DNA of 61,289 nt, filler included. It is 4 parts of 4 records of this genome, joined end to end, with 100 filler letters (N's around TTAATTAATTAA, not from the genome) between each part and the next. Parts side by side here need not be neighbours in the genome. Positions count along the whole stretch, not along the records: positions 1 to 28,183 come from SRR20825010_321; 3 more parts are not named here. One strand, written 5' to 3'. Numbering within the stretch: position 1 is the first letter of the stretch; the number at the start of each line of letters is the position of its first letter. Shown piece by piece: positions 11,312 through 21,190 of the stretch. A program made the position numbers and the translations under genes. Below the pieces are notes generated by a model. It saw only the letters and a list, made by a program, of their open reading frames with translations, ran no database searches and was not told the origin of the DNA.

Positions 11312-12699
11312 CCTGCCGTCCGCAAGCCTTCTTTTGTGACGAAGGCTTCCGTGTCGTCGAGAGCTTTCTCGGCGGCATCGAAAATGTCGTCAATATCCGC
11401 TTCTTTGACGATGAGCGGCGGGCAGAAAGCCACGATGTCATTGGCCATGGCGCGGACGATCAGACCATGCTTCTCGGCCATTTTCTGCAATGTCGCGCCG
11501 ATAGCTGCCTTCGCGTCGAAGCTACGTTTTGTGGACTTGTCGGCAACCAGTTCCATTGCGCCAAGAAGGCCTTTGGCACGGGAGTGCCCGACCAACGGAT
11601 GTTCGGCAAGGCGCGCAACGCGCTCTTCAAAGCGCGGTGCGACGGAACGCACATGGCCTACAATATTGCGTTTCTCGTAAATTTCGAGTGTCTTGGCGGC
11701 GACCGCAGCAGCAACGGGATGGGCGGTATAAGTAAAGCCGTGTCCGAACGTGCCGATCTTTTTGCTTTCGTCGATCATCGCCTGATACATGTCTTCGCCC
11801 ACGGTCACAGCAGCGATCGGGACATAGGCCGATGACAGGGCTTTGGCGACGGAGATCGAATCCGGCTTGATGCCAAATGTCTGGCTGCCGAACATATTGC
11901 CCGTGCGGCCGAAGCCTGTAATCACTTCGTCTGCGATGAAGTAGATGTCGTATTTGTCCAGAACAGCCTGAATTTTCTGGAAGTAACCTTCGGGCGGTAT
12001 GACAACGCCACCTGCTCCCATGATAGGTTCGGCGATGAATGCGGCAACCGTATCGGGGTCCTCTTCGATAATCATTTTTTCGAGATTTGCCGCGATGCGT
12101 GTGGTGAATTCATCTTCTGTTTCGCCTGCCTCCGAGTAGCGATAATAATGCGGGCAGTCCGTGTGCATGACGCCTGCAATGGGCAAGTCGAAATCGCGGT
12201 GATTGGCCGGCAAGCCGGTGAGGCTAGCAGAGGCCACGGTCACACCATGATAGCCACGTATGCGCGAAATAAATTTCTTCTTCTTCGTGCGGCCCAGAGC
12301 ATTGTTATAATACCAGACGAGCTTCATCTGCTGATCATTGGCTTCCGATCCCGATCCACAAAAAAGCACTTTGGACGCTTTATGCGGTGCAATGGCTTTT
12401 AGCTTTTCAGCGAGATCGGCAGCACGTTCATGGCTCTTGCCGCTGAAGACATGCGTGAAAGGTAATTGCTTTAGTTGCTCGTGTGCAGCGTCGATAAGTT
12501 CCTGCTCGCTATAGCCAAGCGCAGTGCACCAGAGACCGGACATGCCTTCAATATATTTGCGGCCGTCAGCATCCCAGACGTGGATACCTTCACCGCGTTC
12601 GATAATCATCGGACCGGAGGTGCGAAAAGCGTCAAGGTTCGTATAGGGGTGAATGACGGTTTCGATGTCGCGAACGGCGGCATTGCTCAAGCTCGGCAT
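11308..12699 (-). CDS. Class III PLP aminotransferase (omega-amino acid:pyruvate transaminase-like)
   Basis: GMSGLWC, GSGSEAND, YHGVT, EPIMGAGG, ADEVITGFGRTG, AKALSS, HGFTY; start at ATG 12699. Confidence 0.95.
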   Translation of the reverse strand: MPSLSNAAVRDIETVIHPYTNLDAFRTSGPMIIERGEGIHVWDADGRKYIEGMSGLWCTALGYSEQELIDAAHEQLKQLPFTHVFSGKSHERAADLAEKLKAIAPHKASKVLFCGSGSEANDQQMKLVWYYNNALGRTKKKKFISRIRGYHGVTVASASLTGLPANHRDFDLPIAGVMHTDCPHYYRYSEAGETEDEFTTRIAANLEKMIIEEDPDTVAAFIAEPIMGAGGVVIPPEGYFQKIQAVLDKYDIYFIADEVITGFGRTGNMFGSQTFGIKPDSISVAKALSSAYVPIAAVTVGEDMYQAMIDESKKIGTFGHGFTYTAHPVAAAVAAKTLEIYEKRNIVGHVRSVAPRFEERVARLAEHPLVGHSRAKGLLGAMELVADKSTKRSFDAKAAIGATLQKMAEKHGLIVRAMANDIVAFCPPLIVKEADIDDIFDAAEKALDDTEAFVTKEGLRTAG

Positions 12700-12833
12700 G
12701 GTAATGTTCCTGATCCGGTTTCGGGCCATATCGGCGGCGAGTTCGGCGGTAATATGGGAGCGATGACCGCGCCTGTCAAAACTAACAGTGCGGCCAGGAG
12801 AAAAGCCCAATTTGAAGGCAATCAGGTTTTATT

Positions 12834-14294
12834 TCAGTAGCCTTCAGGCGGGCGGAAGCCGCCAAGGATATTTTCCAGCATACCGGCAACTGCAATAGTC
12901 GTATAATCACCCATATGTGGCCCGATTATCTGGACGCCCACTGGTAAGCCCTCGCTTGTGATGCCAACAGGTGCAACGGAAGCGGGGAGATAGGACACAA
13001 CTGCAGGCCCCGCCCAGATCAGGACATCCATATACTCGCGAGCGATACCGTTCACATCCATACGGCGGGCGTGCCAGTTGCTATTGTGATCATGAGGAAA
13101 CGCGGGTCGCATCAGAACAGGTGACAGAACCACGTCGTAGTTCTGAAAAAAGCTTGCCCATTTGGCTTGCAATTGTATCTGGCGCTCTTCCCATCCCATG
13201 CGGTCTGCATAGGTCATGGTTGCGCCAATGATTTGCAACGCGCGATGGCTCTTGTCGTCCGCAGAGAGATTCTTCTTGTCCTCCAGCATGCGAGCGCGAA
13301 GGGACTCTGGAAAGCCCGCGCCTGTGCACGAATGGAGAAGGACTAGATAGACTTCGCTGATTTCAGAGAGCGTGAAATCCGGTCTTGCGTTCCAGTCCAC
13401 TTGCGCACCTGCGTCTTGCAAAGACTTGGCTGCGTTCTCGAGAAGCTCCGCGCTTTCCTTGTCAATGTCGCAATAAGGATCGTCAATCCAAACGGCAACG
13501 CGAAGGCCCTTGGGGTCGCGCACGCGAGCTGGAGGCAGATCGAGGCGCCAGCCAGTCGACTTGTCCCAATCCGGTCCCGACGTCAGTCCAAGCATGATTT
13601 CGAGATCTTCTGCGCTGCGAGCGAGGGGGCCGGCGACAGAAAGGTCTCCTTCGCGCAGTGATCCAGGGGGCGGACCGAGATGCCCACGTTTTGGCACGAT
13701 ATTGAACGTCGATTTATGTCCGAAGACGCCACAAAGATGTGAGGGCGTGCGGATCGATCCGCCGATGTCGCTGCCAAATTCCATTGCACTTAGGCCTGCC
13801 GCCATCGCCGCTGCCGAGCCACCCGATGAGCCGCCAGGCCCGCATGCAAGGTTCCAGGGATTGTTCGTCGTGCCATAGACGTCATTGTAGGTCTGCAGAT
13901 CGCCGGACATGAAAGGCACATTGGTTTTGCCAAATACAATGGCTCCTGCCCGTTGCAAACGCTCGACAGCCGTCGCGCTACGCGCTGGAACATTATCTTT
14001 CCAGACGGGTGCGCCACCTGTCGAGACGATGCCTTCGACTTCATAGGCATCTTTGATCGTTATCGGTAGGCCGTGCAGGGCCCCGAGATATTCACCTCTG
14101 GCTAGAGCTTCATCTGCTTTTGTTGCCTGATCGCGGGCGCGGTCGTAGTCCCTGGCAATGACTGCATTGAGTTTGGGGTTATGTAATTCCACACGGGCCA
14201 CGAAATGCTCCAGCAATTCGCGCGAACTGATTTCGCGGCGCTGGATCATGCGGGCAAGGCTGGCGCCGGATCGGAAGTGAAGATCGCTAGACAT
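12834..14294 (-). CDS. Amidase signature family protein
   Basis: GLPITIKD, GGSSGGSAAA, GSDIGGSIRTP, GLPVGVQIIG. Confidence 0.95.
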   Translation of the reverse strand: MSSDLHFRSGASLARMIQRREISSRELLEHFVARVELHNPKLNAVIARDYDRARDQATKADEALARGEYLGALHGLPITIKDAYEVEGIVSTGGAPVWKDNVPARSATAVERLQRAGAIVFGKTNVPFMSGDLQTYNDVYGTTNNPWNLACGPGGSSGGSAAAMAAGLSAMEFGSDIGGSIRTPSHLCGVFGHKSTFNIVPKRGHLGPPPGSLREGDLSVAGPLARSAEDLEIMLGLTSGPDWDKSTGWRLDLPPARVRDPKGLRVAVWIDDPYCDIDKESAELLENAAKSLQDAGAQVDWNARPDFTLSEISEVYLVLLHSCTGAGFPESLRARMLEDKKNLSADDKSHRALQIIGATMTYADRMGWEERQIQLQAKWASFFQNYDVVLSPVLMRPAFPHDHNSNWHARRMDVNGIAREYMDVLIWAGPAVVSYLPASVAPVGITSEGLPVGVQIIGPHMGDYTTIAVAGMLENILGGFRPPEGY

Positions 14295-14540
14295 TTGTCG
14301 AAGGCTCCCTGTGGATTAGTATTTTCACGACTTTAACGGGGCCGGTCGGCTAAAGGCCAAGGAATATTCGTATTTTTGCCCACAGGCCGGTCGTGTCGGT
14401 TCGGTTCAAGTTGTGGGTATGGTCGGAAGCCATTAGACTGCGACAAAATTGAACAGGCCCCTGCGTCCGTGTAATGGACGCAAAAGGGTCGTGGAATTTG
14501 ATCCACACGAGATATTGATCCACTAGCCGGGGGAATACCT

Positions 14541-16181
14541 ATGAAGGGTTTGATGCAGGATTGGCCGCTGCGCGTTACGTCATTGATTGATCATGCTGCG
14601 CGGTTCCATGGAGACCAGGAAATTGTTACCCGCTCCATTGAAGGCCCCATTGTTCGCACGACTTACAAGGCTGTTCATCTGAGAGCCCGTAAGGTAGCTC
14701 AGGCGCTTGGCCGTCTTGGGATCAAGGAAGGCGATGTGGTCGCCACTATGGCGTGGAACACCGGACGCCATCTGGAAGCGTGGTATGGCATTATGGGGCT
14801 GGGCGCTGTGTGTCATACGCTCAATCCGCGTCTGTTTGCCGAGCAGCTCGTTTACATCATCAATCACGCCGAAGATAAGGTCATCTTTGTCGATTTGACC
14901 TTTGTGCCTGTTTTGGAATCCATTTCTAGCCAGCTTCCTAGTGTAAAAGCCTATGTGGTGATGACAGACCGCGCACATATGCCGGATACGAAGCTGCCAA
15001 ATGCACTTTGCTACGAAGAAGTGGTTGAAGCAGAGAGCGGTGAGTTCGAATGGGTGCAGGGTGATGAGAACGCTGCTTGCGGTCTCTGCTATACATCCGG
15101 CACGACGGGCAACCCCAAAGGTGTGCTCTATTCCCATCGTTCGAATGTGCTGCATTCCATGGCCGCCAATATGGGAGATGCGCTGGGCATGAAATCGGTG
15201 GATTCAATTCTGCCGGTTGTACCCATGTTTCATGCCAATGCGTGGGGTATTGCATTTGCCGCACCTGCGGTCGGCGCAAAAATAGTTATGCCCGGTGCCA
15301 ATATGGATGGGCCCAGCATTTACGAATTGCTCGACACCGAAAAAGTTACGGTGACGGCGGCCGTGCCGACTGTGTGGCTCATGCTGTTGCAGCATCTGGA
15401 AAAGACAGGACTGGAGCTTCCCAAGCTGGAACGCGTCGTAATTGGTGGCTCTGCCGCACCGCGTTCAATGATCGAAGTTTTCGAAGAAAAGTATGATGTG
15501 AAAGTTTTTCATGCCTGGGGAATGACGGAAATGTCGCCGATGGGCACGCTGGGCGCGCTGAAAGCGGGAATGGAAGACTTGCCACTTTCCAAGCAGATTG
15601 ACGTGAAGGTCAAACAAGGTCGCGCGATCTATACCGTTGAAATGAAGATCACTGATGATAATGGCGTCGAGCTGCCGTCCGATGGGAAGGCATTCGGGCA
15701 TTTGATGGTGCGTGGACCTGCTGTTGCAGGCGCCTATCTCAAGGGTGAAGGCGGCAATATTCTTGACGCCGATGGTTGGTTCGATACAGGCGATGTCGCA
15801 ACTATCGACGAAGGCGGCTTCATGCAGATCACAGATCGCGCAAAAGACGTGATTAAGTCTGGTGGCGAATGGATTTCTTCGATCGAAATCGAGAATCTTG
15901 CCGTCGGGCACCCCAAAGTCACCGAGGCAGCCGTGATCGGTATTGTTCATCCCAAATGGGACGAGCGTCCGCTTTTGATCTGTGTGGCAAAGGAAGGCGA
16001 GAGCCTGACAAAAGAGGACGTCCTAAAATATATGGAAGGTAAAATCGCCAAATGGTGGATGCCTGACGATGTTGTTTTTGTGGATGAGATTCCTCACACC
16101 GCGACTGGCAAAATCCAGAAGCTGACACTGCGGCAGCAGTTCAAAGATTACAAGCTACCTACCGCAAGCGCCGCCGAGTAA
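14541..16181 (+). CDS. Fatty-acyl-CoA ligase (DmdB/AlkK-like)
   Basis: [49 protein letters not shown]. Confidence 0.93.
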   Translation: MKGLMQDWPLRVTSLIDHAARFHGDQEIVTRSIEGPIVRTTYKAVHLRARKVAQALGRLGIKEGDVVATMAWNTGRHLEAWYGIMGLGAVCHTLNPRLFAEQLVYIINHAEDKVIFVDLTFVPVLESISSQLPSVKAYVVMTDRAHMPDTKLPNALCYEEVVEAESGEFEWVQGDENAACGLCYTSGTTGNPKGVLYSHRSNVLHSMAANMGDALGMKSVDSILPVVPMFHANAWGIAFAAPAVGAKIVMPGANMDGPSIYELLDTEKVTVTAAVPTVWLMLLQHLEKTGLELPKLERVVIGGSAAPRSMIEVFEEKYDVKVFHAWGMTEMSPMGTLGALKAGMEDLPLSKQIDVKVKQGRAIYTVEMKITDDNGVELPSDGKAFGHLMVRGPAVAGAYLKGEGGNILDADGWFDTGDVATIDEGGFMQITDRAKDVIKSGGEWISSIEIENLAVGHPKVTEAAVIGIVHPKWDERPLLICVAKEGESLTKEDVLKYMEGKIAKWWMPDDVVFVDEIPHTATGKIQKLTLRQQFKDYKLPTASAAE

Positions 16182-16212
16182 ATTAACGGGCCTTCGGGTC
16201 GAGGAAATACAT

Positions 16213-16959
16213 ATGGAAAATCAATCGCGTATGGCTCGGTGGGGCTTGCGTCTCGCCATCGCTGCACTTGTCTTGCTTGTTCTTAGCATTCTGGTGCTGC
16301 GTTTCGATCTCTTGGCATTTCGTCTGCCGGTTTTAGCAATCGCGGCTGCCGGTGTTCTCGGATTGATAGGTTTGCTTGTGTCGTTGGGTGGATTAGTCGT
16401 CACTCTGAGTGGTAAGAAATCGGGCATTTCAACAGCGCTAATCGGGTTCGTCGTCGCGATTTTGGCAGCTACACCCTTCGTTTCAACAATTGTGACAGGC
16501 GGCGGCGTGCCACCAATCCATGACATTTCGACGGATCTCGCAAATCCGCCGCAGTTTGTGGCGGTGTTGCCCTTGCGAGCAGATGCAGCAAATCCGCTCG
16601 ACCGGACAAAGCCTGAGAACCTAGCTGAGTTGCAAAGCAAGGCCTATCCGGAACTGGCCCCGACGCGTTTTGACGCGCAGCCAGGTCAGGTATTTGATGC
16701 AGCGCGCGATGTTGTGCGCGATATGGGGTGGGAACTCGTTGCTGCCACACCGGAAACCGGACTCATCGAAGCGACAGCCACTACGCGTCTTTTGAACTTC
16801 AAAGACGATGTTGCAATCCGTGTCACGGAAGGTGAAGGCGGTGGAACGATTGTCGATCTTCGTTCTGTGTCCCGCGTTGGCCAGAGCGATTTGGGCGCCA
16901 ATGCAAAACGTATTGAAGCTTTCATTGCTGGACTGAAGGCAAAGCTCTCAGCTTCTTAA
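16213..16959 (+). CDS. DUF1499 membrane protein
   Basis: Three N-terminal TM helices; PPIHDISTD, FKDDVAIRV, RSVSRVGQSDLGANAKRI. Confidence 0.88.
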   Translation: MENQSRMARWGLRLAIAALVLLVLSILVLRFDLLAFRLPVLAIAAAGVLGLIGLLVSLGGLVVTLSGKKSGISTALIGFVVAILAATPFVSTIVTGGGVPPIHDISTDLANPPQFVAVLPLRADAANPLDRTKPENLAELQSKAYPELAPTRFDAQPGQVFDAARDVVRDMGWELVAATPETGLIEATATTRLLNFKDDVAIRVTEGEGGGTIVDLRSVSRVGQSDLGANAKRIEAFIAGLKAKLSAS

Positions 16960-16966
16960 TTCTCGG

Positions 16967-17851
16967 TCAAATAAGATGGAATGCGCTGTCGAGCTTTGGC
17001 TCGCCATCGCATTTCAGGCGTCCATCCTCAATCATTCCAAGCACATGGGCATAGACCGAGCGGGCCGCTGCGGGATATAGACGTTTATCTACCGTTGCAT
17101 AGATAACCGGCACCATATCCTTGATATGGTGATGACCTGCAGCGATTTCCTTGATGATAGATGCTTCGCGTTCTTCGCGATGGGCGATAAATGCTTTGAC
17201 GAAAGTTTTTGTGTCATTGATTGCAGGGCCGTGTGTTGGCCAATAAATTTCGTCGTCACGTTCCAATAGCAGTCGCAAGGAATTCATATAGTCATGCATG
17301 TTGCCGTCTGGCGGACTGACTATGCTCGTCGACCAACCCATGACGTGGTCCCCTGTGAAGAGAGCTTTTTCTTCTTTCAGGGCAAAGCAGATATGATTTG
17401 AAGTGTGACCGGGTGTATGGACACATTCCACTGTCCAGCCTTCGCCCTCAATGATGTCGCCATGCCGGATTTCAATATCGGGCACAAAGTCCATATCGCC
17501 GTCTTCTTCGCCTTGCCCGCCACCATGCGGACCGTATCCATAGGTCTTCGCGCCTGTCAGTTTTTTGAGGGGGCGTGCCGCAGGTGAATGGTCCGAATGT
17601 GTATGGGTGATCAGAATATGTGTCACCGTCTCGCCCTCAAGCGCACGCAAGAGGGATTGGACATGATCGTCCAGCAACGGACCTGGATCGATCACTGCTA
17701 CATTGCCATGGCCAATTATATAGGTGCCGGTTCCTTTGAAAGTGAAGGCGGAGGGATTCTCAGCCACAACTCGGCGTATCAGCGGTGAAATTTCATCCGC
17801 GTCGCCATAGTTGAACTCGATCTCGCGCACATAAGGTATTTGGACAGCCAT
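16967..17851 (-). CDS. MBL-fold metallo-hydrolase (LACTB2-like)
   Basis: THTHSDH, TPGHTSNH, FTGDHVMGWST, PTHGP. Confidence 0.93.
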   Translation of the reverse strand: MAVQIPYVREIEFNYGDADEISPLIRRVVAENPSAFTFKGTGTYIIGHGNVAVIDPGPLLDDHVQSLLRALEGETVTHILITHTHSDHSPAARPLKKLTGAKTYGYGPHGGGQGEEDGDMDFVPDIEIRHGDIIEGEGWTVECVHTPGHTSNHICFALKEEKALFTGDHVMGWSTSIVSPPDGNMHDYMNSLRLLLERDDEIYWPTHGPAINDTKTFVKAFIAHREEREASIIKEIAAGHHHIKDMVPVIYATVDKRLYPAAARSVYAHVLGMIEDGRLKCDGEPKLDSAFHLI

Positions 17852-17902
17852 AAACTTTTTCCCTTTAGGAATTTTGTCGCCAGCATGTCAAATCGCAGCG
17901 CA

Positions 17903-19435
17903 TCAGTCCATGACGGCGTGCTGAGCAGCCTCTTCAGCTTGCTCCGGCATAACCGTCGGATTGCGCATCAGATAGACCAGCGGAATGATGAGCGCGGTCA
18001 TATACATCATCAGGCGGAAGTCATTGAGATAGGCGATAGCGGCCGCTTGTCGGGTGATTTCACTATTGAGATAGGCAAGGCCTAACGGGTTCTCTAGCCC
18101 GAGTCCATGTGGCATGGCACCAGACCGAAAAATGGGATTTGTTGGGTCCACACGCTCGGCAAAGTTAGCGTGATTTATCTGGGTCATCCGGGCGACGAGG
18201 GAAACAGCAACCGAAATGCCAACGCTAGAGCCGACATTTCGCATGAGGCTGTAAATGCTGGTGCCATCGGTGCGCAGATGTGGGGGGAGAGTTGCAAAAC
18301 AGATTGTTGTCAGCGGTGCAAAAATAAAGCCGAGACCGAAGCCCTGAATCACACCCGTCGTAATGATTGTCTGTTCCGATACGTTGAGATTGAACTGGGC
18401 CATCTGCCAAAGCGAGAAAGATGAAAGAGCCAATCCGAAAGCGATGATGTGGCGCATGTCCACACGATTTATGATGCGTCCCGAGATGACCATGGCAAGC
18501 ATGGTACCGATGCCGCGTGGAGCAAGTACAAGCCCAGTGGTCGTAACAGGGTAGCCCATCAGCGTTTCGAGGAATGGGGGCATCAGGGCCATGGTGGCAT
18601 AAAGTACCAGACCGACGATGAACATCATGCTCACGCCTACGACCAGATTTCTATCTGTGAACAATTGGAGATCTATGAAAGGCCTTTTGGCTGTTAGTGA
18701 ATGAGTGAGGAAAAGGTAGAATGCAAATGCGGCGATCAGGGTTTCGAGGATAATTTCTGGTGATGAAAACCAGTCCTTGAGGTTGCCGCGATCAAGCATG
18801 AGCTGTGTCGCTCCGATGGCGATGCTAAGAAATGCAAAACCGAGCCAGTCGAAGCGCCGCAAAAAATCGAGTTTGGACTCGGTCAGCGCATACATCACCC
18901 CGAGGAAGGCGAAAATTCCGAAGGGGACGTTGATGTAAAAGACCCAGCGCCAACTATAACTGTCTGTAAGCCAGCCACCCAGTGCCGGACCTGCTATTGG
19001 GCCGACCATGACACCAACGCCCCACAAGGCCATCATCCGGCCACGTTGTTCCATGGAGTATGTATCAAGCATGATAGCTTGGCTAAGGGGAACGAAGGCT
19101 GCGCCGAAAGCGCCTTGCGCCAATCTGAAGATTACGATTTCTTCGAGGGTCTGCGCTGCGCCACACAACATTGAGGTGACTGTAAAACCGACAATCGATA
19201 TGGCGAGCAGCCGCTTTCGCCCGAAACGCTGCGACAGGAAACCCGTCGCGGGTGTCGCAATGGCTGCGGCGATAATGTAGGAGGTTAGGACCCAGGAGAT
19301 TTGATCCTGAGTAGCCGACATAGTGCCTTGCATATGCGGTAGTGCGACATTGGCAATGGTCGAATCCAATGTCTGCATAATTGTCGCCAGCATAATTGAG
19401 CCAGTGACGATGCCGCGTTGAGTGCGCGGCGTCAT
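17903..19435 (-). CDS. emrB: DHA2 family MFS efflux permease (EmrB-like)
   Basis: LDSTIANVALPHM, ISWVLTSY, many TM helices; overlaps emrA stop. Confidence 0.92.
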   Translation of the reverse strand: MTPRTQRGIVTGSIMLATIMQTLDSTIANVALPHMQGTMSATQDQISWVLTSYIIAAAIATPATGFLSQRFGRKRLLAISIVGFTVTSMLCGAAQTLEEIVIFRLAQGAFGAAFVPLSQAIMLDTYSMEQRGRMMALWGVGVMVGPIAGPALGGWLTDSYSWRWVFYINVPFGIFAFLGVMYALTESKLDFLRRFDWLGFAFLSIAIGATQLMLDRGNLKDWFSSPEIILETLIAAFAFYLFLTHSLTAKRPFIDLQLFTDRNLVVGVSMMFIVGLVLYATMALMPPFLETLMGYPVTTTGLVLAPRGIGTMLAMVISGRIINRVDMRHIIAFGLALSSFSLWQMAQFNLNVSEQTIITTGVIQGFGLGFIFAPLTTICFATLPPHLRTDGTSIYSLMRNVGSSVGISVAVSLVARMTQINHANFAERVDPTNPIFRSGAMPHGLGLENPLGLAYLNSEITRQAAAIAYLNDFRLMMYMTALIIPLVYLMRNPTVMPEQAEEAAQHAVMD

Positions 19436-20529
19436 GATGCGTGACCTTCTGCCTCCGCCTGAACGTGGGCATGGCGAGCGTCGTCATGCTGCGTATCGAT
19501 TTCCGCTTCGACGCTCATACCAGCCCTTATGGCCGGGTCCCCGTCCTTACGTTCAATTGAAATGTGGACTGGAATACGTTGCACAACCTTGACCCAATTA
19601 CCTGACGCATTTTGGACGGGTAGGATAGAAAATTCCGAACCGGTCGCCTGTGAAATACTGAGGACGCGGCCTTCAAACGGATGGCCCGAATATGTGTCGA
19701 TATTGATTGTGGCATGCTGTCCCGGATGGACATTGGCCAGATCTGTTTCTTTGAAGTTTGCTTCGATCCAGACCGAGTTGCGTGAAACAATGTTCACCAC
19801 CGGTGTGCCCATGGCTACGTTGTCGCCGATTTGTGGCTGGCGACCAAGCACGCCGTCAAAGGGAGCTCTGACAGTTGTATGTTCCAGATTAAGTGCAGCG
19901 TTGTCGCGGGCGGCTTTAACCTGCATATAGGACGAATGTTCTTCGGCTGGAGCTTCGGGCTTGTCGTCAAGCATGGCGACAGTTTGGCCGATGCTTTCTT
20001 TGAGCATGGCGCCTAGCTGGATTGCGGTGTCGAGATTATGGCGTGCTGTATCCAGTTTGGCTTGACTGGCAAATTTCGATTTTGCCAGTTTGGACTGACG
20101 GTCAAATTCCCGTGTGTAGTAATCGACATTTGATCTCGCGAGCCCGAGTTGGGCAACCGTCATTTGGTACTTCGCCTTCAGAGATTTTACATTGCTTGTC
20201 GCAGCCAGAAGCTGTGCATCTGCTTCAGCCAGCGCAAGCTTATAAGGCACTGGGTCAATCTGGAAAAGCGGATCACCGGCTTTCACTTCCTCGTTCTCGT
20301 CGACAAAGACCTTGACGATACGTCCCCCGACATCGGGGCTGACAGCTACCATGTCCGCTTTGACATAGGCATTGTCTGTACTCACGTAGCGGCCGCTGAT
20401 CAGATGAAAATAACCGATCAGTAGCAACGCGAGAGCAGGAACCATGATCATCAGGATTTGTCGGGACGTAAAGCGATCATTGGTCGGATTACGAAGTACG
20501 GTAGAGAGGCGGTTCAGAATGGCTGGCAT
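19432..20529 (-). CDS. emrA: EmrA/HlyD family membrane fusion protein
   Basis: VSTDNAYV, IEANFKET, NASGNWVKVVQRIPV; start at ATG 20529. Confidence 0.92.
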   Translation of the reverse strand: MPAILNRLSTVLRNPTNDRFTSRQILMIMVPALALLLIGYFHLISGRYVSTDNAYVKADMVAVSPDVGGRIVKVFVDENEEVKAGDPLFQIDPVPYKLALAEADAQLLAATSNVKSLKAKYQMTVAQLGLARSNVDYYTREFDRQSKLAKSKFASQAKLDTARHNLDTAIQLGAMLKESIGQTVAMLDDKPEAPAEEHSSYMQVKAARDNAALNLEHTTVRAPFDGVLGRQPQIGDNVAMGTPVVNIVSRNSVWIEANFKETDLANVHPGQHATINIDTYSGHPFEGRVLSISQATGSEFSILPVQNASGNWVKVVQRIPVHISIERKDGDPAIRAGMSVEAEIDTQHDDARHAHVQAEAEGHAS

Positions 20530-20548
20530 GGCAGCACCTTTTGATCGA

Positions 20549-21055
20549 CTATTTTTTGCGTTTTGAATTTGGGTCCATAAAAGTGCCGCGGACAGGCGAG
20601 CCGCCAGGAACAAGCAGGTCAATATTGGTTCGGACACGGGTCAGAAGACCAATCAACATGTCGCGGTCTGCGTCACTGAGGCCTTGAAGAATGACGTCAT
20701 AGGCTTCGTCGGCCACTTCCCAAATTTGATCCAGAACGGGCTGTGCTTTGGGGGTGAGGAAAAGTCGTTGCGCGCGTCTGTCATTGGGGTCGGGGCGGCG
20801 TTCCACCAGATCGGCACTGACTAGTTTGTCGATGAGTCGCGCGACAGTAATGGGCTGTACATCCAGCAAATCGGCGAGGCTGACCTGGTTGAGCCCTTCA
20901 TTGCGCGACAAGTGGACGAGTGCACGCCACTGCGCCTGTGTCAGTCCCAAATGCGTGACCCGTTCATTGAAAATACGGCGCAAAAGTCGAGAAGCATCAC
21001 CGATCAGAAAGCCAACATTCCAGCTGGGATTGTGAATTGGAGCATTGATGGTCAT
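20549..21055 (-). CDS. MarR family regulator of the emrAB operon
   Basis: GLTQAQWRAL, VERRPDPNDRRA wHTH; immediately upstream of emrA. Confidence 0.92.
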   Translation of the reverse strand: MTINAPIHNPSWNVGFLIGDASRLLRRIFNERVTHLGLTQAQWRALVHLSRNEGLNQVSLADLLDVQPITVARLIDKLVSADLVERRPDPNDRRAQRLFLTPKAQPVLDQIWEVADEAYDVILQGLSDADRDMLIGLLTRVRTNIDLLVPGGSPVRGTFMDPNSKRKK

Positions 21056-21190
21056 GGGAATATGAGATTCGTTGTTTGAAGGCCATGCTACTAATGAGCA
21101 ATGCTTATTATATGGGGGGTTGGTTATATCCCGCAAGAGCTCAAGATGCTGCAAATGGCTACTTTCTGCTCAGAAACCGAAGGATGGCGT

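Noticed and set aside
14462..14482. Hairpin TGCGTCCGT-GTA-ATGGACGCA upstream of the acyl-CoA ligase
   Set aside because: Short isolated hairpin with no aptamer motif; role cannot be assigned.
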